Below, piece after piece: positions 38,207 through 47,483 of a stretch of DNA of 64,000 nucleotides. Source of the DNA: an uncultured Fidelibacterota bacterium (lineage in GTDB: Bacteria > Fidelibacterota > Marinisomatia > Marinisomatales > Marinisomataceae); the NCBI GenBank assembly GCA_902578385.1, contig CACHCR010000001.1, positions 62,320 through 126,319 of the forward strand, given 5' to 3'. A program made the position numbers and the translations under genes. Under the pieces are notes generated by a model. It saw only the letters and a list, made by a program, of their open reading frames with translations. It was not told where the DNA came from and did not search any database. How positions within the stretch are numbered: the first letter of the stretch is position 1; every line of letters starts with the position of its first letter.

Positions 38207-39486
38207 TTTATAAAACTTAAGCTGTTACAAAAAGTCGGAGACTCCAGCATTTCTTCAATGCGTAAAAGCCTATTATATTTGGCGGTTCTGTCTGATCGAC
38301 AAACTGAACCCGTTTTAATTTGACCACCACCCATAGCCACCGATAAATCAGATATAAAAGTATCTTCAGTTTCCCCAGATCTATGAGAGATTATATAATT
38401 GTAGTCATTTGATTTTGCTATTTCAATTGATTCAATTGTTTCAGAAACAGTACCTATTTGATTTAATTTTATTAATATAGAATTAATAGATTTCTCATCT
38501 ATAGCTTTTTGTAATTTTTTAGGATTTGTCACTGTTAAATCATCGCCTACAATTTGAATTTTATCTCCTAGCACCTTATTCAAGCTTGTCCAACCCCTCC
38601 AATCATTTTCATCTAAACCATCCTCAATAGAAACAATCGGATATTGACTTATAAGGTTCTCATAAAATGAAATCATCTCATCTGTACCTAGAATGCTTCC
38701 ATCAACTTTCAAGTGATATTTACCATCTTTATAAAAACTTGATGCTGCGACATCCAGCGCTAGCGAAATATCTTTTCCGACTACAAAACCTGCTTTTTCA
38801 ATAGAGTTAAGCAGCATTTCAATGGCATGGTCATTAGACTTTAAAGCAGGTGCAAAACCGCCCTCATCTCCTACTGTGGTATTTAGACCATGACTCTTTA
38901 ATTCATTTTTTAAGCAATGGAAAACCTCCGAACCCATTTGAATTGACTTAGAAAAACTTTCAGCTCCATGCGGAAACAACATAATTTCTTGAAGATCTGA
39001 TCCTTGATCAGCATGCATTCCCCCATTTAACACATTAATCATTGGAATTGGCATGATGCTACTCTTTGGATTTAAATATTCATATAGCGGTTTATTAAAA
39101 AAAGATGCACTAACCACAGCACAAGCCATAGAAATTCCTAAGCTAGCATTTGCTCCGTATGTGCTTTTATTCGGAGATCCATCAAGATTTATAAGCAACT
39201 CATCAATTGATTTTTGGTCACTAGCGTCTTTACCAATTAATGCTGGTCCAAAGTGATTTATTACATTATTTACAGCACTTAATACCCCCTTACCATTAAA
39301 TCTACTAGAATCGACATCACGCAACTCTAAGGCTTCAAATTCTCCTGTTGAAGCTCCCGATGGCACAGCAGATAATCCAGTATGTCCAGAAGCTGTAACC
39401 TCAACCTCAACAGTTGGAAAACCTCTTGAATCTAAAATCTCACGAGCATGAATTTTTTCTATTATAGGTTTTAATGTTTTTTCCAC
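38203..39486 (-). CDS. eno: Enolase
   Basis: 427 aa. Contains the signature [20 protein letters not shown] start. Confidence 0.95.
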   Translation of the reverse strand: MEKTLKPIIEKIHAREILDSRGFPTVEVEVTASGHTGLSAVPSGASTGEFEALELRDVDSSRFNGKGVLSAVNNVINHFGPALIGKDASDQKSIDELLINLDGSPNKSTYGANASLGISMACAVVSASFFNKPLYEYLNPKSSIMPIPMINVLNGGMHADQGSDLQEIMLFPHGAESFSKSIQMGSEVFHCLKNELKSHGLNTTVGDEGGFAPALKSNDHAIEMLLNSIEKAGFVVGKDISLALDVAASSFYKDGKYHLKVDGSILGTDEMISFYENLISQYPIVSIEDGLDENDWRGWTSLNKVLGDKIQIVGDDLTVTNPKKLQKAIDEKSINSILIKLNQIGTVSETIESIEIAKSNDYNYIISHRSGETEDTFISDLSVAMGGGQIKTGSVCRSDRTAKYNRLLRIEEMLESPTFCNSLSFIK

Positions 39487-39609
39487 AAAAAAAGTTAATG
39501 CCTATAATTATCATATGAAATACTAGATTTTGCCGACATTTTTTAAAGTTTTACAAAAAATGATACAAAAAAGGCATTTTTTTATTTCATACATATTGTT
39601 TAAAAAAGG

Positions 39610-39638
39610 TTGATTACCCCAAAAAAAGAGACTATAAT
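39610..39638 (+). promoter_or_regulatory. Candidate sigma70 promoter (TTGATT - 17 nt - TATAAT) for the small-peptide locus
   Basis: Read directly: -35 at 39610..39615 and -10 at 39633..39638. About 140 nt upstream of the first peptide ATG. Confidence 0.45.
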
Positions 39639-39705
39639 TATAAATAAGATGAAATTTTGGCAACTTTTTATAAGATTTAATCATATTGACATGATTAATG
39701 ATGGG

Positions 39706-39748
39706 GGCAAAAAAACTATTTAGTTTGTAGGTTTTTTGCCTTTTTTTT
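39706..39748 (+). terminator. Intrinsic-terminator-like hairpin + T8 run inside the 5' leader (candidate attenuator or sRNA 3' end)
   Basis: GGCAAAAAA(A)C ... GGTTTTTTGCC forms a ~10-bp stem, followed by TTTTTTTT (39741..39748). No plus-strand gene lies upstream that it could terminate. Confidence 0.5.
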
Positions 39749-39780
39749 AACTAGTTATTAACTAATCAAGGAGGAATAAC

Positions 39781-39987
39781 ATGGCTTCATGGGATTCAAT
39801 GTTAAATGGTGCTTTAAACGGTCTAACAGGTGTAGTAAAGGCTGCGATTATCTTTTTTGTTTTCGCAGGTATTCTTTTCGACACACCAGTTGATGCACTA
39901 GGTGGTATAATGGGTTTTGTAGATACTTTTCTTAATGGCGGACTAACAGGACTACTAGTTTTAGTTGTCTTTTTGTCTTGGCTGTAA
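39781..39987 (+). CDS. Small glycine-rich two-TM membrane peptide, paralogue 1 (unknown family)
   Basis: 68 aa. Strong SD AGGAGG. Two hydrophobic helices with GxxxG-like spacing. It shares GIL(F/Y)D and GG(L/V)(T/A)GL(L/V) blocks and a C-terminal Trp with the next ORF. Confidence 0.5.
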   Translation: MASWDSMLNGALNGLTGVVKAAIIFFVFAGILFDTPVDALGGIMGFVDTFLNGGLTGLLVLVVFLSWL

Positions 39988-40011
39988 ACTGATCAGTATT
40001 TACTAATAAAT

Positions 40012-40036
40012 AGAGCTCCTCTTTTTGAGGAGCTCT
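40012..40036 (+). other. 10-bp perfect stem-loop between the two peptide genes (AGAGCTCCTC-TTTTT-GAGGAGCTCT), no U-tract
   Basis: Read directly. It is followed by AAAAG, so it is not a canonical terminator. It could be a partial terminator or an RNA-stability element. Confidence 0.4.
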
Positions 40037-40059
40037 AAAAGCTCGAAGGAGAAAACACA

Positions 40060-40272
40060 ATGAATAATGTGATAAAAAAAATCAATGATTTCTTAGGCAT
40101 GACTACAGGCCTTTTGATTAATTTGATTGTTGCTGGTACTATTATCGGTATTCTTTATGATGACATTTTTGGTGTCATTGCAGGAATTGGTAATGCAGTT
40201 AACACTATTGGAGACGGTGGTGTTGCTGGATTAGTAGCAGTTATGCTCGTCGCAATGTGGATGAAAAAATAA
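40060..40272 (+). CDS. Small glycine-rich two-TM membrane peptide, paralogue 2 (unknown family)
   Basis: 70 aa. SD AAGGAG. Same architecture and conserved blocks as 39781..39987. Confidence 0.5.
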   Translation: MNNVIKKINDFLGMTTGLLINLIVAGTIIGILYDDIFGVIAGIGNAVNTIGDGGVAGLVAVMLVAMWMKK

Positions 40273-40300
40273 TCTAGTTTTCTTTTACATTGATTGATAT

Positions 40301-40330
40301 AAAAAGGGCTCAAATTTTGAGCCCTTTTAT
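40301..40330 (+). terminator. Intrinsic terminator after the peptide pair (AAAAAGGGCTC-loop-GAGCCCTTTT)
   Basis: GGGCTC/GAGCCC stem extended by A/T pairs, followed by a T-run. Read directly. Confidence 0.6.
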
Positions 40331-40354
40331 ATTATTTTTATAATAATTTAGACA

Positions 40355-41506
40355 GTGAAATTATTTATAATATACTTCCGACTATTTCTTATTCTTATTT
40401 TTTCATCTCATATATTTGCAAATAATAATCAAACCCTAAAGTTTTTTGAAAATAATGTTTTATTAGGAGAAATTAAGACAATACAGAATAATCAATTTTT
40501 TTCTGTGAATGATTTAGCAAAAATAACAAATTCGAAAAAATTTATAAACGATCAAACAGAGAAAATTATTTTCTATGTTGATAATAAGAAAATTAAAGTA
40601 ACCAACGATATAGCTTTTATTTTAATTGAAGATAGTCTCTATCAATTGTCTTCAAAAGTAATTAAGGATAAAAATGACTATTATCTTCCTATTGATTCAT
40701 TTTTTAATATTATTAATAACCTGTCAAAAGATTTTTCAGCTGCATTGACTTCTCAAAGAATTTCCTTTTCTACTAGAAAAATCACTGTGACCCCAAATAA
40801 AAAAGTTGATTTAAGTAACGAAAAACAAAAGTGGGAATTTAAAACAATTGTAATTGATGCTGGCCATGGCGGGAAAGATCCTGGAGCTGTTGGATATAGG
40901 GGTACCAAAGAAAAGGATATTGCTTTAGATGTCGCAAAAAGACTTGAAAAGAAATTATCTAAAAATTTGAATGTTAAAATAGTTATGACAAGAGATGAGG
41001 ATATTTTCTTAAGACTAAGCGAGAGAACAAAAATAGCAAATGAAAATAATGGTAGTCTATTTATTAGTATTCATACCAATGCAGCTGAGGATAGAAGGGC
41101 AAGTGGATTCGAAACATTTTTAATTGGTCCAAATAAAAATGAAGCAGCTGTTAGAGTAGCTGCTAGAGAGAATGCTGTACTAGAGCTAGAAGGAATATCA
41201 GGACAAAAATTAACAAATGAAGATTTAATTAAAGCAACCATAGCTCAAAGTGCTTTTGCATCAAAAAGTGAACAGTTTGCTTCTATGGTACAAGGCGAAA
41301 TCAAAAAAAGAGTACAAAGTAAAGATAGAGGAGTAAAACAAGCAGGATTTTATGTCCTTATGGGAGCATCAATGCCGAACGTATTAGTTGAGTTAGGAAT
41401 TATTTCCAATCCATCTGAAGAAAAAAAATTAAGAAGCCCTCAATATCGTGATCAACTAGCTACAGCTATTTACAGAGCAGTTGAGCAATATCAAAAAACA
41501 TTATAA
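40355..41506 (+). CDS. N-acetylmuramoyl-L-alanine amidase (Amidase_3, AmiC-like)
   Basis: 383 aa. Signal peptide, then the catalytic domain VIDAGHGGKDPGAVG ... SIHTNA ... E(LG). GTG start. Confidence 0.85.
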   Translation: MKLFIIYFRLFLILIFSSHIFANNNQTLKFFENNVLLGEIKTIQNNQFFSVNDLAKITNSKKFINDQTEKIIFYVDNKKIKVTNDIAFILIEDSLYQLSSKVIKDKNDYYLPIDSFFNIINNLSKDFSAALTSQRISFSTRKITVTPNKKVDLSNEKQKWEFKTIVIDAGHGGKDPGAVGYRGTKEKDIALDVAKRLEKKLSKNLNVKIVMTRDEDIFLRLSERTKIANENNGSLFISIHTNAAEDRRASGFETFLIGPNKNEAAVRVAARENAVLELEGISGQKLTNEDLIKATIAQSAFASKSEQFASMVQGEIKKRVQSKDRGVKQAGFYVLMGASMPNVLVELGIISNPSEEKKLRSPQYRDQLATAIYRAVEQYQKTL

Positions 41507-42752
41507 CATAATTAATTCTACGTTAGAATATTTATATCAACTTCACAACCGCGGCATAAAATTAGGCTTAGATAATATAAAAAGCGTTCTTAATGAATGT
41601 GGGAATCCTCATGAACAGTTCAAATCAATTCATTTAGCAGGAACTAACGGGAAAGGATCAACAGCATCCATCATTGCTAAAATATTACAAGTTTCAGGCA
41701 TGAAGGTTGGGCTGTACACATCCCCTCACTTATTAAATTTTAACGAGAGAATTAGAATTAATGGTAAACCGATTAAAGATAGTGAAATAATCAGCTTTAC
41801 TAGAAAAAACAGAGATTTTTTTGAAAAGAATTCAATTACTTTTTTTGAAGCTACCACATCAATGGCATTTGATTATTTTAAAAAAAATAATGTAGATATT
41901 GCGATTATTGAAACTGGTCTTGGTGGAAGGTTAGACTCTACAAATGTTTTATCCCCCATTCATACTATTATTACTGAAATAGATTTTGACCATACACATC
42001 TTTTAGGCGATACAGTAGAGGAGATTACTGCAGAAAAATGTGGAATTATAAAACATAGAACCCCGAACACAACAATTAATACAGATTATAATATAGTCAG
42101 TGTAATTGACAATTTTTCAAACAAACAAGACACCACAACACACTATATTAACAAAAAAGACATTACTATCAATGAGCATAGAACAAAAATGCTCCATTTA
42201 AAATATAAAGATGAAAGCTATATATTACCTCAAGCAGGTTCTTTTCAGGCAGAAAATGCAATACTGGCTATTGAAACAATAAAAAAAGAATTTAGAAATA
42301 TTAACCATAATCAAATACAAAAGGGGTTAAATAAGTGGTTTTGGCCTGCTAGAATGCAAAAAATGGCTGATGATATATTTTATGACGTTGCGCATAATAG
42401 TTCTGGGGTGAATATTTTAACTTCAGACCTTTTAAATATATATAAAAAAAGACCAGTTGGTTTGGTAGTAATGAAAAATGATAAAATTAGACCTGAAATT
42501 ATTAATCTGTTTGAAAATGCTTTTCAAGAGTTAATTATATCAAGCATACCATCAAAAGACATCCTTAAAAAGGATGACATAAAATCAATAAATAGTCTTA
42601 AAGATTATCAATTTATAGAAAACTTAAATGATGCTTTAGATTTTCTAAAAAGAAAAAAATTCAATGGACCAAAAGTAATTTTTGGAAGCCATTATATTGC
42701 AAAATACGTATATAGTTTTTTTGATTTTTCCTTTGACAAAGGCAATATATAG
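41481..42752 (+). CDS. folC: Folylpolyglutamate synthase / dihydrofolate synthase
   Basis: 423 aa. Mur-ligase P-loop HLAGTNGKGST. Its start overlaps the amidase gene end. Confidence 0.85.
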   Translation: MSNIKKHYNIINSTLEYLYQLHNRGIKLGLDNIKSVLNECGNPHEQFKSIHLAGTNGKGSTASIIAKILQVSGMKVGLYTSPHLLNFNERIRINGKPIKDSEIISFTRKNRDFFEKNSITFFEATTSMAFDYFKKNNVDIAIIETGLGGRLDSTNVLSPIHTIITEIDFDHTHLLGDTVEEITAEKCGIIKHRTPNTTINTDYNIVSVIDNFSNKQDTTTHYINKKDITINEHRTKMLHLKYKDESYILPQAGSFQAENAILAIETIKKEFRNINHNQIQKGLNKWFWPARMQKMADDIFYDVAHNSSGVNILTSDLLNIYKKRPVGLVVMKNDKIRPEIINLFENAFQELIISSIPSKDILKKDDIKSINSLKDYQFIENLNDALDFLKRKKFNGPKVIFGSHYIAKYVYSFFDFSFDKGNI

Positions 42753-42811
42753 TGTAATTTGTAATTCAAGGTGATTCTCCCCCTAAGAAATTTCACAACA
42801 ATCGAGGAATT

Positions 42812-44092
42812 ATGAAACTAACTGAATTAAAAGACAAAAAACTAATTGAATTAAAAGAAATTGCGAAGCAAATGAATATTGAAAAATCATCATCGATGTC
42901 AAAAGATGATCTTATTAACGCGATTTCTTCTTCATCAAGCAAAAATGATGATAACCAAAAATCTAGCAGCGACAATAACAACAAAACTGAAAAAATGGCT
43001 GCTGGAGTTTTAGAAATTTTACCTGATGGATACGGGTTTTTAAGAAGTGTTAATGATAATTACTTACCAGGTCCTGAAGACATTTATGTCAGTCCATCTC
43101 AAATCAAAAGATTTAAACTTAAAACAGGCCATTTCGTTGAAGGAAGCACAAGAGCTCCTAAATCCAAAGAAAGATTTCACGCGCTCTTACAACTATCACA
43201 AGTAAATGGTGTTCATCCAGAAAAAATTAAAGATCAGAGAAAATTTGACAAATTTACTCCACTTCATCCAAATGAAAAATTTAACTTATCTAATACAAGT
43301 GATATGTCAATGCGAATTATGGATATGGTTGCACCAATAGGTAAAGGACAACGTGGACTAATTGTAGCACAACCAAAAACTGGTAAGACTATTTTAATCT
43401 CAAAAATAGCAAATGCAATTAGGAGAAATCATCCAAACACTGTTCTTATAATTCTTCTTATTGATGAAAGACCTGAAGAGGTAACAGATATGAAGAGAAG
43501 TGTAGACGCCGAAGTCATTGCATCTACATTTGACGAGGGACCAGAAAGACATGTTCAAGTATCAGACATGGCATTAGCTAAAGCACAAAGACTAGTAGAG
43601 TGTGGAAAGGATGTTGTCATTCTTTTAGATAGTATAACTAGATTAGGTCGTGCACATAATGCAGTAATTCCCCATAGTGGTAAAATATTATCAGGTGGTG
43701 TTGATTCAAATGCTCTTAGAAAACCTAAAAAGTTTTTCGGTGCAGCACGAAATACAGAAGAAGGAGGAAGTTTGTCCATTATAGCTACTGCCTTGATTGA
43801 TACTGGAAGTAAAATGGATGGAGTAATTTTTGAAGAGTTTAAAGGAACGGGTAATATGGAGTTAGTATTGGACAGAGAATTAAGTGATAGACGTATTTAT
43901 CCTGCATTTAATATTGTGAAGTCTGGTACTCGTAAAGAAGAACTTTTGTTATCTGATCAGCATTTATCTAGAATGTGGATATTGAGAAAGATGTTGGGTG
44001 AAATGTCAACCGAACAAGCAATGCAGTTTATGACAGATAGAATGAGAAGAACAAAAACTAACCAAGAATTTCTTGATTTAATGAGTCAGTAA
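42812..44092 (+). CDS. rho: Transcription termination factor Rho
   Basis: 426 aa. N-terminal Rho_N domain, cold-shock-like RNA-binding domain ([15 protein letters not shown]), Walker [16 protein letters not shown], and [13 protein letters not shown]. Confidence 0.95.
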   Translation: MKLTELKDKKLIELKEIAKQMNIEKSSSMSKDDLINAISSSSSKNDDNQKSSSDNNNKTEKMAAGVLEILPDGYGFLRSVNDNYLPGPEDIYVSPSQIKRFKLKTGHFVEGSTRAPKSKERFHALLQLSQVNGVHPEKIKDQRKFDKFTPLHPNEKFNLSNTSDMSMRIMDMVAPIGKGQRGLIVAQPKTGKTILISKIANAIRRNHPNTVLIILLIDERPEEVTDMKRSVDAEVIASTFDEGPERHVQVSDMALAKAQRLVECGKDVVILLDSITRLGRAHNAVIPHSGKILSGGVDSNALRKPKKFFGAARNTEEGGSLSIIATALIDTGSKMDGVIFEEFKGTGNMELVLDRELSDRRIYPAFNIVKSGTRKEELLLSDQHLSRMWILRKMLGEMSTEQAMQFMTDRMRRTKTNQEFLDLMSQ

Positions 44093-45289
44093 ATGTCCAA
44101 AAAATTTTCTAATCTTGTAGAAAAAATAAAACCATCATTTACTCTGCAAATGACAGCAAGAGCAGCAGAGCTAAGAGCTCAAGGTGAAGATGTGATAAAT
44201 TTTGGTGTTGGTGAGCCTGATTTTAATACACCCGATCATATTATAGAAGCTGGGAAAAAAGCAATGGTTGATGGGTATACAAAATACACACCTGGTTCAG
44301 GAATGCTTGAGCTGAAAGAAGCAATTCAAACAAAGCTAAAAGATTTAACGGGCATTAATTATAACCCCGAGAATATTATTGTATCAAATGGAGGGAAACA
44401 GTCATTATCAGTTGTATGTCAAGCCTTGTTTGATTCGGGAGATAAAGTCGTAGTTTTTAGTCCATACTGGGTATCCTTCCCTGAATTTGTAACAATAGCA
44501 GGAGCTGAACCTTTATTTGTTAATACTATTCCTACTAAACAATTTGAACCAGATTTTGATGATTTATTAAACAAAATAGATGAATCTGTGAAAGGTGTAA
44601 TTATTAATTCTCCCAGTAATCCAACAGGAGGAGTTTGGTCAGATGATGCAATCATTAAATTGTTAAAATTAAGTAAAGAAAATAATTGGATAGTTATTTC
44701 GGACGAGACTTATGAAGAGCTTGTGTATGATAATGAATTCAAAGCAATTGAAACCTTAGATAAACATAATTGCGAAATTATCACTATTCGAAGCATGTCT
44801 AAAACATATGCTATGACAGGGTGGAGAATTGGCTATACAACAGCTGATAGCGATATAGTTAAAGCTATGTCAAAAATTCAGGGTCAAACCACCTCCTGCC
44901 CCAATGCAATTGGTCAAAGAGCATCAATTGCAGCTCTTTTGGGGGATCAACAGCCGGTGAAAAATATGAAAGAGAAATTTAGAAACCGTAGAACTGTAAT
45001 GTTTAACGAGCTTAATAGCTTAAAGCATGTTCAATGTGATATGCCAGGAGGAGCTTTTTATATGTTTCCTGATTTCTCATATTACTTAAATAAAAAAAAT
45101 CCGGAAGGAAAAATTTTACAAGACACTTTCGACCTTTCTGATTATATTCTCGCCGATGCTAAAGTTGTGACTGTAGCTGGTGATGGATTTGGCGCAAGTG
45201 GATATTTAAGATTTTCCTTTGCAACAAACAAAGAAACAATCATAAAAGGCATTCAGAGAATAAGAAAAAGTTTAGAAAAGCTTAAATGA
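44093..45289 (+). CDS. Class I pyridoxal-phosphate aminotransferase (aspartate aminotransferase-like)
   Basis: 398 aa. PLP-lysine region [15 protein letters not shown] and INSPSNPTG. Confidence 0.85.
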   Translation: MSKKFSNLVEKIKPSFTLQMTARAAELRAQGEDVINFGVGEPDFNTPDHIIEAGKKAMVDGYTKYTPGSGMLELKEAIQTKLKDLTGINYNPENIIVSNGGKQSLSVVCQALFDSGDKVVVFSPYWVSFPEFVTIAGAEPLFVNTIPTKQFEPDFDDLLNKIDESVKGVIINSPSNPTGGVWSDDAIIKLLKLSKENNWIVISDETYEELVYDNEFKAIETLDKHNCEIITIRSMSKTYAMTGWRIGYTTADSDIVKAMSKIQGQTTSCPNAIGQRASIAALLGDQQPVKNMKEKFRNRRTVMFNELNSLKHVQCDMPGGAFYMFPDFSYYLNKKNPEGKILQDTFDLSDYILADAKVVTVAGDGFGASGYLRFSFATNKETIIKGIQRIRKSLEKLK

Positions 45290-45540
45290 AAAAAGATACA
45301 CATTCAAAAGATTATAGATTGGTAGTTTTCGAGGATAGTTCTTGTAATTATTCCTTCTTAACTAGGTCTACAGTAAAAACTGATAAAACCATCAAGTGGG
45401 AAGATGGAAATGAATATCCTTTATTTAAACTGGATATTTCAGATCAATCGCACCCCTATTACACTGGTCAAAGAACGCTTGTTGATACTGCAGGAAGAAT
45501 TGAAAAATTCAACCGCAAATACAATAAAAAAGATTCTTAA
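45286..45540 (+). CDS. rpmE: 50S ribosomal protein L31, type B (zinc-independent form)
   Basis: 84 aa. Contains SHPYYTGQ and has no CxxC pairs. It resembles the YtiA/YkgM type. ATGA overlap with the aminotransferase gene. Confidence 0.85.
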   Translation: MKKDTHSKDYRLVVFEDSSCNYSFLTRSTVKTDKTIKWEDGNEYPLFKLDISDQSHPYYTGQRTLVDTAGRIEKFNRKYNKKDS

Positions 45541-45570
45541 AGCCTCTTTTTTTAATAATTTAATTAAATA

Positions 45571-46626
45571 ATGGATATTCTATCAAAGGCTAATAGCATC
45601 GTTTCTGATTATGATAACATCATGCAACAGATGATGGACAGTGAAATAATGCTAAATCAGGAAAAAATGACTTCACTATCAAGGGAGAAAAGTGCACTGG
45701 AGGAATCATATCAACTTTGCAAAAAATTTATTGATTTAAATAAACAATTGTCCGAAGTAGATGAAATGAAAGATGATAAAGAGTATGAGGAGCTGGCTAA
45801 GGAAGAGTCTGTCACTATAAATAAACATATTGCTGCAGTTGAAGAAAAACTTAAAAAGATATTAATATCTGACGACCCAAATGATAATAAAAATGCTATA
45901 ATTGAGATAAGAGCTGGTACTGGTGGAGATGAAGCTGGCTTATTTGCTTCAGATTTAATGAGAATGTATTCAAGGTATGCAGAGGATAATAATTTAAAAG
46001 TTAATATTATGGATATTCACGAAACTGGTGTTGGCGGCCTTAAATCTGCAACATTTAGTATAGAAGGCCCTAAAGCTTATGGAATTTATAAATATGAAGG
46101 CGGAGTTCATAGAGTTCAAAGAATCCCAAAAACAGAATCTGGTGGTCGAGTTCATACTTCAGCTGCTACAGTAGCTGTTTTACCTGAAGCAGAGACTGCT
46201 GAAGTAGAAATCAATGATGCAGAAATTAAAATTGATACTTACAGAGCAAGCGGAGCTGGTGGACAACATGTTAACAAAACAGAATCTGCAATTAGATTAA
46301 CACATATACCAACAGGTTTAGTTGTAACCTGTCAAGACGAAAGTTCACAACATAAAAATAAAGCTTCAGCAATGAAGGTATTAAGATCTAGGTTGTTTGC
46401 ATTAGAACAAGAAAAATTGAACAAAGACAGAGATGAAATGAGGAAATCATTAGTTTCCACTGGTGATAGATCAGCAAAAATTAGAACTTATAATTTCCCA
46501 CAAGGAAGAATAACTGACCATCGCATTAACTATACCACCCACAAACTTCAGGCCACACTTGAGGGGGATCTAAATCATTTAATTGAACAACTTAAGCTAG
46601 CCGAAGAAAGCGCTCAAATTGAGTAA
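45571..46626 (+). CDS. prfA: Peptide chain release factor 1
   Basis: 351 aa. GGQ motif (SGAGGQHVN) and a P-x-T anticodon-like tripeptide (RIPKTES). Confidence 0.95.
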   Translation: MDILSKANSIVSDYDNIMQQMMDSEIMLNQEKMTSLSREKSALEESYQLCKKFIDLNKQLSEVDEMKDDKEYEELAKEESVTINKHIAAVEEKLKKILISDDPNDNKNAIIEIRAGTGGDEAGLFASDLMRMYSRYAEDNNLKVNIMDIHETGVGGLKSATFSIEGPKAYGIYKYEGGVHRVQRIPKTESGGRVHTSAATVAVLPEAETAEVEINDAEIKIDTYRASGAGGQHVNKTESAIRLTHIPTGLVVTCQDESSQHKNKASAMKVLRSRLFALEQEKLNKDRDEMRKSLVSTGDRSAKIRTYNFPQGRITDHRINYTTHKLQATLEGDLNHLIEQLKLAEESAQIE

Positions 46627-46628
46627 AA

Positions 46629-47477
46629 ATGAGCGGCAATATTACTTTAAGAGATTATTTAAAATTACAAACTTCTAAACTAGCAAGTACTAATGTACAA
46701 GAGATAAAAATCAAAAGTGAAATTCTTGTTCAAAATCATCTAAAATTATCAAAAGCAGATTTATATTTAGAAAATATAGAAATTTCAGTTAAAGACATCA
46801 AAGTCATGGATAAAATGTTTTCTGAGCTTTCTAAAAATAAGCCAATACAACATATTATAGGTGAATCTTATTTTTATGATAATAGATTTTTAACACCGCC
46901 TGGTGTTTTTATTCCTCGTCCAGAAACCGAACTTTTAGTCGATTGTGCAATTGATTTTTTATCAAAAAGAAAAAGTTCTTTAACAGTTGTAGATTTTTGC
47001 TCGGGTAGCGGTTGTGTTTTACTAAGTGTTGCAAAAAAATTCCCAAATCATAAATATATTGGAATTGACATATCGGATATTGCTATTGATGTAGCACAAA
47101 AAAACAGTCAATTTTTAGATTTAAAAAATGTACAATTTATTAAAGATGATATTTTTAATTATTTATCTCCTAAAGCAGATCTTATTATATGTAATCCTCC
47201 CTACCTAGCAACAAATGAGATAGATAATCTAGAGGAGTCAGTCAAGAATCACGATCCTATAGAAGCGCTTACAGATTTTAAAGATGGAACATCTTTTTAT
47301 AAATACCTTATCATAAATTTTGAAAAATTAATCAAGAAAAATGGTGCCATGTTGTTGGAGCTTCCATTTTCTGAAGTAACAAAAAATATAATTTCTTTTA
47401 ATACTGATTTTAACAATAAAAAATCTGTTTTTTTCAAAGATTTAGAAGGAAAAAAAAGAGTAATTAAGATATATTAG
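46629..47477 (+). CDS. prmC: Release factor glutamine N5-methyltransferase PrmC
   Basis: 282 aa. SAM motif VDFCSGSGC and catalytic NPPY. It directly follows prfA. Confidence 0.85.
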   Translation: MSGNITLRDYLKLQTSKLASTNVQEIKIKSEILVQNHLKLSKADLYLENIEISVKDIKVMDKMFSELSKNKPIQHIIGESYFYDNRFLTPPGVFIPRPETELLVDCAIDFLSKRKSSLTVVDFCSGSGCVLLSVAKKFPNHKYIGIDISDIAIDVAQKNSQFLDLKNVQFIKDDIFNYLSPKADLIICNPPYLATNEIDNLEESVKNHDPIEALTDFKDGTSFYKYLIINFEKLIKKNGAMLLELPFSEVTKNIISFNTDFNNKKSVFFKDLEGKKRVIKIY

Positions 47478-47483
47478 GTATAT

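Noticed and set aside
39649-39672. 7-codon mini-ORF (MKFWQLL) at the start of the peptide leader as a possible leader peptide
   Set aside because: It has no SD and would start only ~5 nt from the predicted TSS. It is too short to distinguish from chance in AT-rich sequence.
39781-40272. Idea that the two small peptides are a two-peptide (class IIb) or leaderless bacteriocin
   Set aside because: There is no double-glycine leader and no adjacent ABC exporter/peptidase or immunity gene. The hydrophobic two-helix layout looks like integral membrane proteins. I kept them as unknown-function membrane peptides instead.
42890-42995. Ser/Asn/Asp-rich low-complexity stretch in the Rho N-terminal region as a possible prion-like insertion domain
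   Set aside because: It is only ~30 residues, far shorter than the described Rho insertion domains, and is probably just a linker.
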